DNA of 55,982 nucleotides from a virus. Lineage: Duplodnaviria > Caudoviricetes. Every line of letters begins with the position of its first letter. Positions within the stretch are counted from its first letter, which is position 1. This document shows, piece after piece, positions 8,639 to 18,653 of this stretch. The notes under the pieces are model-generated. The model made no database searches. It saw nothing but the letters and a program-made list of their open reading frames with translations, and was not told the DNA's origin. Where the stretch lies: positions 1 to 55,982 of IMG/VR virus record IMGVR_UViG_3300025289_000030; one strand, 5' to 3'. The position numbers and the translations under genes are program-made.

Positions 8639-10407
8639 TGGCACTTAAACAAGTTGGATATTGTTCTTCAGTTAAACTTTCTTGTATTGGTTGCTTACCA
8701 TCTAATATAGTGCTTTGCCTTAAAGATAATTCTTTATTAGCTCCTTTTGTATGTGATCCTGAATCAAGTGGGTCACAGCCTTTTAATTTAAGTTATATAG
8801 AAGCATCCCTTGTTACTTTTTCAAAATATAATGCTGCATGTGGCGGCAATACTTTTAAATATGTATTTGAATATGATGATTCTTTTTTAGTAAATGTAGA
8901 TGAACCAATAGCATCTGATGATATAATTGGTGTTTTTTGTAAAGGCTGTTTACCTACTTGGGTAGAAGAAAAAGTAGGAGATGAGCCTTATATAAGAAAT
9001 AATGAAGATGGTTCAGTTACATTTGTATCTCCTCATGGATGCGAATATGATTTTGATGTGCTTGGATTTCAAGGATTTTCAGTACTTGTTTATGGTGCAG
9101 TAGGGGATAATGCTACTGACGATACGGCAGCTATCCAGGCAACTATAGATGCAGCTTCTAATACTGGCACAAATAGTGATGGAGATGGTGCACAAGTAAT
9201 ATTCCCACCAGGAATATATAGACATACAGGTATAACAGTTCCAAGTAATGTTTCTCTTCTTGGAGCTGGTGTAGTAGCTACTGTTCTTAGATACACTCCA
9301 GTAGTAGGAAATGCTATAACTCTTGCTAATACTCCAGCGGCTAATTCTAGATATAATAATATATTTGGTTTTAAGATAGATTGTCTTACTTCTACATCAG
9401 GTATAGCTATAACAAGTTCAGTACCTCCTTTAACAGCAAGAGATTTATTTGTAGATAGATATGAAATAGATGGATATTTTAGAGGAATATATATTCCTTA
9501 TAGCACTGTAAGTATAAGAATAGGTGCTGGTAGAATCATAGGACAAGGATCTGGAGTAGCAGGGGGTGTTGGCATACAGCTTGGAGATATAAGTTTAATT
9601 CCAGCAAGATTCGTTGATAGAGCAGATTTTCAAGGTTGTTATGTTAGTGATTTTGCGACTTCTTTTATTTCTCAAGGTTTTGTTCATACAATGACAGAAG
9701 TTACTTCAATTAATTCAGATAGAGCTATTTTATGCACAGGTAAACTAACTGTTGTAGGTTCTTGGATTCAAGCAAATACTACTTTATATCAAACTGGTCC
9801 TAGTAGTGCTGATATTACTTCTATTAATAATAATCATTTAAATGGGGCTTCAGTTGAAGTAGATGACCCATCTACTATGTCAATATTAAATAGTACTACA
9901 GATTTAGCAGTATTTGGTAGGTCAGAATTTAAAGGTGCAGGTCGTTTCAGGATGCGTTTTGCAACAAGCGCTCTTAGAGGATTTCAAATAGGTCCTACAG
10001 GCACAGAATCTGTATTATATAATTCAGCTGGTACTGCTAGATTTGAAGCAACAGCTAGACCTATTGAATCAAATAGAGTTGCAGCAGCAGCTTCTTTGAT
10101 TATGTATGCAATAAGACGTAGTGGAGTCCTTATAGGAGGTCTTGGGTCAGATTCTTCCGATAGAAGTGCTCTTTTCAATGCTACACCTGATATTTGTGCT
10201 TTCTGGGATAATAGTAGAAATTTTGCTGCTGGAGCAGGGCTACTTCTTACTACAGCTACAAATGGATTTATATATTTACCTACTTGTGCAGGCGTTCCTA
10301 CAGGAGTTCCTACTGCTATAGCAGGATATGTTCCTATTGTTATTGACACTTCAAATTTTAGAATTCAAATTTTTACTGGTGGTGCTTGGAGAGATGCACA
10401 ACTATAA
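8638..10407 (+). CDS. Tailspike/fibre with pectate-lyase-like beta-helix (putative depolymerase)
   Basis: YGAVGDNATDDTAAIQATIDAA...VIFPPGIY is the typical start of a Pectate_lyase_3-type beta-helix; Cys-rich N-terminal attachment domain. Confidence 0.8.
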   Translation: MALKQVGYCSSVKLSCIGCLPSNIVLCLKDNSLLAPFVCDPESSGSQPFNLSYIEASLVTFSKYNAACGGNTFKYVFEYDDSFLVNVDEPIASDDIIGVFCKGCLPTWVEEKVGDEPYIRNNEDGSVTFVSPHGCEYDFDVLGFQGFSVLVYGAVGDNATDDTAAIQATIDAASNTGTNSDGDGAQVIFPPGIYRHTGITVPSNVSLLGAGVVATVLRYTPVVGNAITLANTPAANSRYNNIFGFKIDCLTSTSGIAITSSVPPLTARDLFVDRYEIDGYFRGIYIPYSTVSIRIGAGRIIGQGSGVAGGVGIQLGDISLIPARFVDRADFQGCYVSDFATSFISQGFVHTMTEVTSINSDRAILCTGKLTVVGSWIQANTTLYQTGPSSADITSINNNHLNGASVEVDDPSTMSILNSTTDLAVFGRSEFKGAGRFRMRFATSALRGFQIGPTGTESVLYNSAGTARFEATARPIESNRVAAAASLIMYAIRRSGVLIGGLGSDSSDRSALFNATPDICAFWDNSRNFAAGAGLLLTTATNGFIYLPTCAGVPTGVPTAIAGYVPIVIDTSNFRIQIFTGGAWRDAQL

Positions 10408-10426
10408 TTTTAAGTAGGAGATTTAT

Positions 10427-10987
10427 ATGCCACGTTCATCATGTGATTTTTGTTGTAGACCAGTTCAATTAGCATTAACTACTGACTCTTATAGAGGAGC
10501 AGTTCTGCAAGCTCTTTGTAAATTAATTGAATTAGATGGTACTGAACTTGCGAGTCAACTAAAAGTATCATCTGTAACTCCTACAATTGATACAGCTATA
10601 TATGCTGCTGGTGATTTAATTGGAGGTAAACTAGTATTTACTGATGTTATTCCAAATGGGATTATAACTTCTGTAAATATTATAGATAGAGATAATGAAG
10701 CAGCAGATTTAGAAATTAATTTTTTTACAGTTGATCCAACTAATACAACTTTTACAGATAATGCTCCTTTTGATCCAGATCTTTTAGATATTATAAATAT
10801 GCTGCCTCCAGCACTTGTTAATACACATTCAGCTTTTGCTAATAATGGATTAAGCTATGCTACTAATTTAAATATACCTTATAAAGTGGCAGGTACAACT
10901 TTATGGGGAGCTATAAAAAGTATAGGAACACCAACGTATACTAATGATGATGATTTAACAGTTATTATAACAACGACACTTTTGTAA
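10427..10987 (+). CDS. Putative virion structural protein (beta-sandwich)
   Basis: AGGAG RBS; N-terminal SCDFCC; beta-rich body (AIYAAGDLIGG...TPTYT). Confidence 0.55.
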   Translation: MPRSSCDFCCRPVQLALTTDSYRGAVLQALCKLIELDGTELASQLKVSSVTPTIDTAIYAAGDLIGGKLVFTDVIPNGIITSVNIIDRDNEAADLEINFFTVDPTNTTFTDNAPFDPDLLDIINMLPPALVNTHSAFANNGLSYATNLNIPYKVAGTTLWGAIKSIGTPTYTNDDDLTVIITTTLL

Positions 10988-11118
10988 TTGGAGATATTTA
11001 GTTTATAAGTATGGTAAAAATTAGATAAATATAATTATTAAGTATTTATTTTTATACTTGTTACTTTTAGTTATTTTAGTTTAAAATAGAGTAGTTATTA
11101 ACCTTTGAGGTAATTTAT

Positions 11119-12186
11119 ATGGTATGCACAAATAAACCAGTTTGTTTTGATTCATCAGTTTTTTATGCAAATTTATTGCCACTTTTAGATTGTCAATATA
11201 ATATTGGCTCACCTACTAAAAGAGTCGATAATATCTATCTTTGCGGAGATATTATAGCAAGTGCTCCTGATTTTAATATATTTTTAAATACTGTTAATGG
11301 TGCTGATACTGGTGCAATTCTTTTTAATGCAGGAGGTGGTATTGGAGTATCTAGGGGGGCGCAACTTCAGTTATTTGGAAATGAAAATGCTGGAACAGGC
11401 ATTGTTATATTAGAAGGTGGTGATGTAGCTGGCGCTAGTCTTATTCTTAGAACTAATCATGCTACACCTAATATCATATTTGCAACTAATTCAATAAATC
11501 GTTGGCAAATTGAAGGTAGCGCTGGAATTTTACAAGGAACACAAGCAGCTAACCTAATTAGTACAAATACAGTAGATGCTGCTGATACTGCATCTATAGC
11601 TATATCTGGTGGCGGGGACTTGGGTGTATCTCGCGGTGCGTTTCTTCAAGTATATGGTAATGAGGCTGGCGGGGGTAATGGCGGTGCGGTTGTTCTTGAT
11701 GGTGGTGATGTTGCTAGCGGTAGTTTGTATATCAGAACTCATGATAGTGGTGCTAGTATATTTCTTTTTACTGATTCACTTTTAAGATGGTCGGTAACTG
11801 GTAATGGTGTATTTCTTCAAGATCCTACTAACGGTAGTGACTTCCAGATGACTAGAGCTAATACTTCAGTAGCTGTACCAGTTGCAGATGGTGTTGCTGC
11901 TGCTGGCACTATAATTACTGACGCTACTGATTTAACCAAGCAAATTACAAATGTAACTACTGTAGGCGCTGGAGAGGGAGTTCAATTATGGGGGGCTAAT
12001 TTGGGTACTGTATTTCACGTAACAAACAGGGGTGCTAATGCTTTACTTGTATATCCACATAGTGGAGTAGCTACTATTAACGGGGGAGCAGGTGGAGCAG
12101 CAATATCTCTTGCTACTAATACATTAGGTATATTCTTATATGTTTCAGCAAATACTTACGTAGCATTTGAAGTACCTCTTGCTTAA
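11119..12186 (+). CDS. Tail fibre / receptor-binding-like protein with two internal repeats
   Basis: Gly/Ala/Thr-rich; two ~80 aa repeats (GVSRGAxLQxxGNE...GGDVAxxSLxxRT...RW); Cys-containing N-terminal anchor. Confidence 0.65.
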   Translation: MVCTNKPVCFDSSVFYANLLPLLDCQYNIGSPTKRVDNIYLCGDIIASAPDFNIFLNTVNGADTGAILFNAGGGIGVSRGAQLQLFGNENAGTGIVILEGGDVAGASLILRTNHATPNIIFATNSINRWQIEGSAGILQGTQAANLISTNTVDAADTASIAISGGGDLGVSRGAFLQVYGNEAGGGNGGAVVLDGGDVASGSLYIRTHDSGASIFLFTDSLLRWSVTGNGVFLQDPTNGSDFQMTRANTSVAVPVADGVAAAGTIITDATDLTKQITNVTTVGAGEGVQLWGANLGTVFHVTNRGANALLVYPHSGVATINGGAGGAAISLATNTLGIFLYVSANTYVAFEVPLA

Positions 12187-12241
12187 TTCTCAATCAATAT
12201 GATAAATAGTATTTATCATATTTTTACAGGAGAATTAACAT

Positions 12242-12589
12242 ATGAAGAATTTAAATATTAGCTTTAACACAGAAACAATTAATCTTTCTGATAATGAAAG
12301 TACTGAAATAAAAAAGCATGGATTCGCTATGCCTTTTGAAGTTATCTTTAATCAAGGGCTTGGAGCACTTTACCCACAAGGGTTAACTCTTTCAAAAGGT
12401 AAAGTGCTTTCTCGTATTCAAAAAAAATTAGATGCATTAAAATCTCATGATTTACATTTAGAATTAGAAGAAGCTGAATTTGACTTAGTTAAAGAAGTAT
12501 TTTTAAGTGAATCTGTTAAATTTATGCCCACTCAATACAGACTGGTATCTATATATGTAGATAGTATAGAAAAAGCTAAACTCGAATGA
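12242..12589 (+). CDS. Hypothetical protein, possible fibre assembly chaperone
   Basis: AGGAG RBS; small helical protein directly after the fibre gene. Confidence 0.45.
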   Translation: MKNLNISFNTETINLSDNESTEIKKHGFAMPFEVIFNQGLGALYPQGLTLSKGKVLSRIQKKLDALKSHDLHLELEEAEFDLVKEVFLSESVKFMPTQYRLVSIYVDSIEKAKLE

Positions 12590-13173
12590 CCTTTGTACCT
12601 ACTTTATCTGATTTTTTTAAAGAAACTACAGAAAAGGGGTATAAAATCTTTAAAGATGAGACCAAACTTTATAATTTAAACATTATTGGCTGGAGAAACA
12701 AGGCTTCACGTCCGAATTATTTTGATGATTATATAGCTATTTATTACAAATGGTCTAATAATTGGTATTATAAATATTGGAAAGCTACTACACTTCCTGG
12801 TATTCCTTGGCTTAAAAATCCTTTAAATGATAAAGGTACAGCAATTTTAGTTCCTGGACAATATTTTCATGCTTATAGTTTGGGGGCTTATAAAGGATAT
12901 CCAGCTTTAAAACAAGTACTCCCAGTTAAAGTATATAGAGATAATAATAGGGATAGCCAATTTAATAAAGATTCTGCTACTATAGAAGAAGGAATCTTTG
13001 GTATACATATACATAAGGCAAGCCTTTGGACTAAATACGTAAATCGTTTTAGTGCAGGTTGCCAAGTATTTCAATATAAAAAAGATTTTGATACATTTAT
13101 AACGTATTTACGACAATCTGCCCTTTTGTGGGGAAATAGTTTTACTTATACATTATTAGAATATGACGTGTAA
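12586..13173 (+). CDS. Putative endolysin / peptidoglycan hydrolase with an L,D-transpeptidase-like His...Cys dyad
   Basis: NIIGWR..NYFDD..ATTLPG..GTAILVPGQY..GIHIHKA-x11-SAGCQV pattern, resembling the YkuD-type H...SxGC motif. Confidence 0.65.
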   Translation: MTFVPTLSDFFKETTEKGYKIFKDETKLYNLNIIGWRNKASRPNYFDDYIAIYYKWSNNWYYKYWKATTLPGIPWLKNPLNDKGTAILVPGQYFHAYSLGAYKGYPALKQVLPVKVYRDNNRDSQFNKDSATIEEGIFGIHIHKASLWTKYVNRFSAGCQVFQYKKDFDTFITYLRQSALLWGNSFTYTLLEYDV

Positions 13174-14305
13174 ACCTGTTTCTCCTGGAACATCACTTGG
13201 ATTAAAAAATTGTACTTCTAGTGAAATTAATACTACTTCTTGTGATAATCCTACTATAATTACAGAATCTTGTGAATCTCCACCACCTTGCCCTGAAAAT
13301 CATTGTTTAGAAATAATTACTAATATTTACTCTACTGGTATACAAGTAAGTAATTCTTGGATAATACCATCTTGTAATGACTATGCTATTTTAATTGTTC
13401 CTAATTTATTAGCAGTACATCTTGGTTCTTATATATGGAATAATTCCTTTGGATTTTATGAAATTGTAGCTTACAATTCATTAAATGGCGAATTAACTAT
13501 TAAGAATAATTGTAATGTATCTAATGCTGCTCCTGGTACAGAAGTTCCGACTTGTACTATTTTTATTATTACTGATATTCCTTGTGATCAATTAGAAGAT
13601 TTATTTCCATTTTTAGCATCAGATTTTACAGCTCCAAATGTAGGATTTTGTACAGCAATTAAAGTTACTACAACAATTAGTTTATTTGTTGGAGCAATAA
13701 TTACTTTAAGTACTGGTGTATATCTAATAAATAGTATTGTTGATACTACGACTATAGAAATTTGTAATACTGGTAGTGGAATTATAGGAGGGACTACTGT
13801 ATATGCTGTTGGACTAAATGGTCAACTTCAATATAGTTTAATTGTTATTAATTTAAGTGCTAGTGCACAAAATAAAGCAGTTTCTGTGACTGGTACTATT
13901 AATACTGTTACTACTACTTTGATTAATACTATTGGTATAGCTCTTATTAATCCTAGTGTTAATAGAAATATGCAAGCAATGTATGCAATTATAGCAAGTT
14001 GTACTGGTAATGTTCTTGGAGCTAATACTAATAGAGTATCTGCTGGCTTTGCATTAGAAGAATCCATTAATGGTGCACCTAATGTTGTAGTAGGAAATGA
14101 TACTAAAAGTTTTTTTGTAGATAGCAATTTAGCTAGACCTGCTAGCCATATGCTTATTTGGCAAGGTGTACTTACAATTCCTGCATCTACTACTTTTACT
14201 ATAAATGGATTAGTGACAGTTCAATACACAGGAGCTGTCGGAGGATCATATGTTATTGGTTCACCAGGTTTAAATATAAGTGTAGTAGGATTAGGAATAA
14301 TATAA
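13163..14305 (+). CDS. Cys-rich virion fibre/appendage protein, paralogue 1
   Basis: Cys-rich N-terminus; shares NSWxIPxC, WNxxxGxxEIxAY, FLxSDFxAP and GxLQY blocks with 14310..15503. Confidence 0.6.
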   Translation: MTCKPVSPGTSLGLKNCTSSEINTTSCDNPTIITESCESPPPCPENHCLEIITNIYSTGIQVSNSWIIPSCNDYAILIVPNLLAVHLGSYIWNNSFGFYEIVAYNSLNGELTIKNNCNVSNAAPGTEVPTCTIFIITDIPCDQLEDLFPFLASDFTAPNVGFCTAIKVTTTISLFVGAIITLSTGVYLINSIVDTTTIEICNTGSGIIGGTTVYAVGLNGQLQYSLIVINLSASAQNKAVSVTGTINTVTTTLINTIGIALINPSVNRNMQAMYAIIASCTGNVLGANTNRVSAGFALEESINGAPNVVVGNDTKSFFVDSNLARPASHMLIWQGVLTIPASTTFTINGLVTVQYTGAVGGSYVIGSPGLNISVVGLGII

Positions 14306-14309
14306 TGAT

Positions 14310-15503
14310 ATGGCAAATAAATGTTGTGGTTCAAATGATTCTTCTATTGAAGTAAACACAGAAACATGTGAAGAAGTAACAGCATGTTGTAGTCAAGCTC
14401 AATTAAGTTGTGATCCTAATTGCTCTAAACAATATTTAAATAATCTAAAAACATCAATAGTAATTATTAATTCTTGGAATATTCCTGCTTGTGGAGTCAG
14501 TATTACATTAACTATTTCTGAAAATACTTTTATTCCTATTAAAAGTTTTTTGTGGAATAGTAATTATGGTTATTTTGAAATAATTGCATATGATGAGTTA
14601 TTGAGAAAAATAACTATATTAAATTCATGTCTTACTGATGTAAATATAGGAACTCAAATTACTAGTTATACTTCTTTTGTACTAGTAGCTTCTCCTAAGA
14701 ATTTACTTTCTTCGGGAGCTTCTTTTTTAGTCAGTGACTTTATAGCACCTGCTATAAATATTTGTATAATAATAAGTGTAACTAATACTACAAAATTAAC
14801 TTCAGGAGCATTTATAAGAATATCTTCAGCAATATATCAAATACAATCTATTTTAAGTGATAACTTGATTACAATTTGTAACTTAGGAGAAGGCTTTACT
14901 CCAGGAACTTCTATTTTGGCAAAAAACTCTTTAGGAGAACTACAATATCCTATAATAATAATTAGTTCAGCACTATTAAGTAATGCAGTTTTAATAGTTA
15001 TAGGAGGGGGTTTAAGTGCTCCTATTTTAAGTTCATTTAGTCCTACATTAGTATATTCACAAGATTTAATTATAAATAATCCTAATCAAAATTCAATTTT
15101 AAATATAATGATTTTATCTTTTGCTGAATTAAATGCTAATGTTAGTGGTGCAAATGCTGCTTTTTGTGGCGTAGGAAGTAGAGTAGGAATTATTAGATCT
15201 GATGCTAGTAGTAATATTGAAATAGGAAATGGGCATAGTAAACGGGAATCAAAATTTAAACTTACTGCTGGAGGATTATTTAGTCCAGAACCAGATGCTT
15301 ATAGTCTTTATGAATCAGCAATAACATCTATACCTCCATTGGAAACAATAACAATAACTGCTTTTGTTCGCTTTGATTACATAGGAGCAGTCGGTCCAGT
15401 ATATAGTTTTAGACCACCTGATGCACTTACTTTTCCATTTGCTAATGGGGTTGGAATAAAACTTAGTGTTTCTGCTTTTGGTAAATATTTTCTTGGAAAT
15501 TAA
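14310..15503 (+). CDS. Cys-rich virion fibre/appendage protein, paralogue 2
   Basis: MANKCCGS...ACCSQ..CDPNC; N-terminal ~220 aa homologous to the previous gene, C-terminus diverged. Confidence 0.6.
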   Translation: MANKCCGSNDSSIEVNTETCEEVTACCSQAQLSCDPNCSKQYLNNLKTSIVIINSWNIPACGVSITLTISENTFIPIKSFLWNSNYGYFEIIAYDELLRKITILNSCLTDVNIGTQITSYTSFVLVASPKNLLSSGASFLVSDFIAPAINICIIISVTNTTKLTSGAFIRISSAIYQIQSILSDNLITICNLGEGFTPGTSILAKNSLGELQYPIIIISSALLSNAVLIVIGGGLSAPILSSFSPTLVYSQDLIINNPNQNSILNIMILSFAELNANVSGANAAFCGVGSRVGIIRSDASSNIEIGNGHSKRESKFKLTAGGLFSPEPDAYSLYESAITSIPPLETITITAFVRFDYIGAVGPVYSFRPPDALTFPFANGVGIKLSVSAFGKYFLGN

Positions 15504-17372
15504 ATGCCTAATGAAATTATACAAGATGGTGAAACTACTTTTTTACTAGGTCAAGACGCTTCAAAAGATGCAGAAGAAGTAAGACCAGGAGGTTATTTTG
15601 CTGGTGTAAATGTAACTGCACATAATGGCTCACTTGGACCTAGACCTGGTTTTGCAAAACGTAAATTAGATTTTTCTTTATTAACAGATTTAGGAGTAAC
15701 TCAACCAAATGGTATTGATATAAGAGATTTTGAAACTATTTTTAAATCAGGACGTTTTCAAGCAATTATTCCTTATGTAATAGGAAATACTTATTATTTA
15801 CTTATTGTAGTATCAGGTATAATATATTTAATCCATCAACAAACATATCAAGTTAGCGTTATTCCTATAGATGATGGTTCTTTTATAGATGAATCTCTTT
15901 ATAGAGTTAATTCGTCACCATCAGGAAAACAAGTAATTATTTATGATTATCCTAATTTTTCAATAATTGTAGAAGGATTTACAGCTAGACGAGCAGATCC
16001 ATTTTTAGATGAAATACCTATAGCAGTACTTGGAACTTATAATGAAAACAGACTTTTTATAGGAAATGCTGGAAATGAATTTACAGCAGGAGACCCAACA
16101 GGCACAGGCTTTCCTGATGCTCCACTTTCTTTTACTGAAATACTTACTCCAGCAAGTTCTTTTTTTGGACAAGTATTTCAACTTCCTACTGAATATAATA
16201 ATGAAGTAATTACTGCTATGGCTTTTTTACAAGTAGCAGATACTTCTACTGGTATTGGACCGTTACTAATAGGAACTTCTCGTGCTATTTATTCTTATGC
16301 TACACAATTATCTCGCCTTGATTGGGAACTTAATCAATTTGGAACACTTTTAAATTATAATACAGGTATTGCTGGTCCAAGAGCACTTACTAATGTTAAT
16401 TCAGATTTATTTTTTATGGGAACTGATGGTCAAATTAGATCCTTATCAATGGCAAGAAATTCTCAAGCTAAATGGGCAAATGTGCCTTTAAGTCGTGAAG
16501 TCAGAGACTGGCTAAAATTTTGGGATAAAGATTTAACTAAATTTGCTACTATGAGTTATTTTAAGAATAAAATTTATATAACTGCTAATCCTTATAGAGT
16601 TAAAGCTTACGATAGTAATGGCGTGTCTATCACTGATATAGCTCATGGTGGTATGGTAGTTCTTTCTTTTGATAGCGTAGGAAATCTTAGTTCTGAATCT
16701 CCGCCTGCTTGGGATGGGCTTTATACAGGCATTAATCCAATGGATATGACTATAAATAATGATAGATTTTTTATAATGTCAAAAAATAGATCGCTTGTTA
16801 ATAACCTTTACGAATTAACTCCTGACACTACTTTAGATATTGAAGACGATGCTACACTTTATATAAGATCAATACTTTATACTAGAGAATTTCAATTTGA
16901 ATCACCTTTTAATAATAAAGAAGCTAAAAATATTGAATTAAGTTTAGAAAATATTAAAGGTGACTTTAATCTTGTAGTTGAATATAAACCAAGTCATGCT
17001 TGTTGTTTTTTACCTTGGAAAGAATTTAATCATATAGCTCCTTGGAGAACTTGTAAAATACCTACAAATGAAGAAGTTAAAGGATTTTGTGGGCATCAAT
17101 TTAGAGAACTTAACTTAGGTAGTCCTAGTAATGCTTTAGATTGTAATCCAGTTTCTAATGAAATATATAGCGTTTTTCGTACAATGCAGTTAAAATTTAC
17201 TATAGAAGCTCGTTATTGGGAATTACACGCTTTTGTTATAAGAGCCAGATTAATGTCTCAAAATGATATTGAAGCTGTTTGTAGTGATTATCCTGTGTTA
17301 ATATTACCAGAGTGTTGTAATACTGATTGGTTTACTAAAAGTATAAATTTATGCCAGAAAACACAAACATAA
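15504..17372 (+). CDS. Putative tail nozzle / tubular protein B-like (beta-propeller)
   Basis: 622 aa, beta-rich, NVTAHNGSLGPRPG near the N-terminus as in podovirus stabilisation/nozzle proteins; located before the ejection proteins; Cys cluster at C-terminus. Confidence 0.55.
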   Translation: MPNEIIQDGETTFLLGQDASKDAEEVRPGGYFAGVNVTAHNGSLGPRPGFAKRKLDFSLLTDLGVTQPNGIDIRDFETIFKSGRFQAIIPYVIGNTYYLLIVVSGIIYLIHQQTYQVSVIPIDDGSFIDESLYRVNSSPSGKQVIIYDYPNFSIIVEGFTARRADPFLDEIPIAVLGTYNENRLFIGNAGNEFTAGDPTGTGFPDAPLSFTEILTPASSFFGQVFQLPTEYNNEVITAMAFLQVADTSTGIGPLLIGTSRAIYSYATQLSRLDWELNQFGTLLNYNTGIAGPRALTNVNSDLFFMGTDGQIRSLSMARNSQAKWANVPLSREVRDWLKFWDKDLTKFATMSYFKNKIYITANPYRVKAYDSNGVSITDIAHGGMVVLSFDSVGNLSSESPPAWDGLYTGINPMDMTINNDRFFIMSKNRSLVNNLYELTPDTTLDIEDDATLYIRSILYTREFQFESPFNNKEAKNIELSLENIKGDFNLVVEYKPSHACCFLPWKEFNHIAPWRTCKIPTNEEVKGFCGHQFRELNLGSPSNALDCNPVSNEIYSVFRTMQLKFTIEARYWELHAFVIRARLMSQNDIEAVCSDYPVLILPECCNTDWFTKSINLCQKTQT

Positions 17373-17803
17373 CAGTTAGAGGATCTTTAAAAATAGATAA
17401 TTTACCTGATTTAGCTTGTTTTGATAGTTTCGAAGAGCTTCTTAAAGCTATTCCTAACTTTTATTCTGTTGAAGTGCCTAGAAGTATTACAAATGTAACA
17501 GTTTCAAATATTGAACCAGATGATACTCAAAGAAATAACCTTTGGGTAAGGCAAGATGATGCTGGCGGATTTATAGGATTATTTGTATTTGCGGCAGGTA
17601 ATTGGCAGCAAATATCTCCTATACCTAACGGTATATTTAGAATGTTCGGTGATAGCCGTGATATACCTCCTGGATTTTTACTAGCAGATGCCAGTAACCC
17701 TAATCTTACAGGAGCTATTGCTGTTGACTTAATAGCTACTTGGACATTAGATCCTAGTTCTACATTTTACATAAATTTTCATGTAACGTTTGAAGGTTTT
17801 TAG
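17351..17803 (+). CDS. Hypothetical tail-associated protein
   Basis: 150 aa ORF overlapping the previous gene. Confidence 0.5.
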   Translation: MPENTNITVRGSLKIDNLPDLACFDSFEELLKAIPNFYSVEVPRSITNVTVSNIEPDDTQRNNLWVRQDDAGGFIGLFVFAAGNWQQISPIPNGIFRMFGDSRDIPPGFLLADASNPNLTGAIAVDLIATWTLDPSSTFYINFHVTFEGF

Positions 17804-17883
17804 ATAAATTAGGTATTTTACAAATATGAAAAAACTTGTATAATGTATTTTAACTAGTTAATTTAAACAATTAGGAGCTAAAT

Positions 17884-18099
17884 ATGGAAGGAATTGAATC
17901 TTTTGATTATGCTAAAAATATGGCAAGAGTAGCAACTGGATTTGCAGATGGTCCGTTTTTTAAAAATCCCGTACTTCAGCCTATGAGAAGTTTTACTGAA
18001 TATCCTAATGAGGTAAAAGAAAAACTTATGGGCGGAAGTCTTACTAAATCTACACCAAGTGATCCTTGGGTAGAAAGACGATCTAATGCAAAATTATAA
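17884..18099 (+). CDS. Hypothetical protein
   Basis: AGGAG RBS, preceded by TTTACA-N16-TATAAT. Confidence 0.6.
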   Translation: MEGIESFDYAKNMARVATGFADGPFFKNPVLQPMRSFTEYPNEVKEKLMGGSLTKSTPSDPWVERRSNAKL

Positions 18100-18119
18100 T
18101 TTTTTAAAAGGAAATTAAT

Positions 18120-18356
18120 ATGGCAAAACAATTATTACCTTTATGTTCTGTTCCTAAAGTAGCAACTCGTGATGGTTATGTTGGTGCTACTGCAAGACTA
18201 TTACTTCCATTTTATTCTTTTGGCTATTGGTTTGCTTCTGGGCAGCAATATACTTTCCCAAATAGTACTCTGCCACAAGATCAATCAATTGCTTTAACTG
18301 GCTTAAGACAACCTAATGTTTATCAGAAAGCAGCAGGTATTTGCTTAGGCGGGTAG
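18120..18356 (+). CDS. Hypothetical protein
   Basis: AAGGA RBS, 78 aa. Confidence 0.55.
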   Translation: MAKQLLPLCSVPKVATRDGYVGATARLLLPFYSFGYWFASGQQYTFPNSTLPQDQSIALTGLRQPNVYQKAAGICLGG

Positions 18357-18359
18357 TTA

Positions 18360-18653
18360 ATGGGGTGTTCTAGTTGCGGGAGGAAATATCCTCGTGGTAG
18401 TTCCTCTCGCTCTATTAGTAGAACTGCACCAGCACTTAATAAGGTAAATATTTCTATGAAAAAGAAATCAGTACGTGGAGTAATTCAAGCTGAAGATACA
18501 AAAGAAGCAGTAATTGCTTCTAAACCTGATTGTGGTCCAGTAATTCCTAGTACTGGTCAATATGAATATTTAGTAACTAGTGGCGAATCTGAATCTACTT
18601 TAAATACTGAGAAACCTAGTCTAACTATAGAAAGAAAGGTTAAGGATGAATAA
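18360..18653 (+). CDS. Hypothetical protein with N-terminal MGCSSCG
   Basis: CxxC at the extreme N-terminus; TAATG overlap with next gene. Confidence 0.55.
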   Translation: MGCSSCGRKYPRGSSSRSISRTAPALNKVNISMKKKSVRGVIQAEDTKEAVIASKPDCGPVIPSTGQYEYLVTSGESESTLNTEKPSLTIERKVKDE

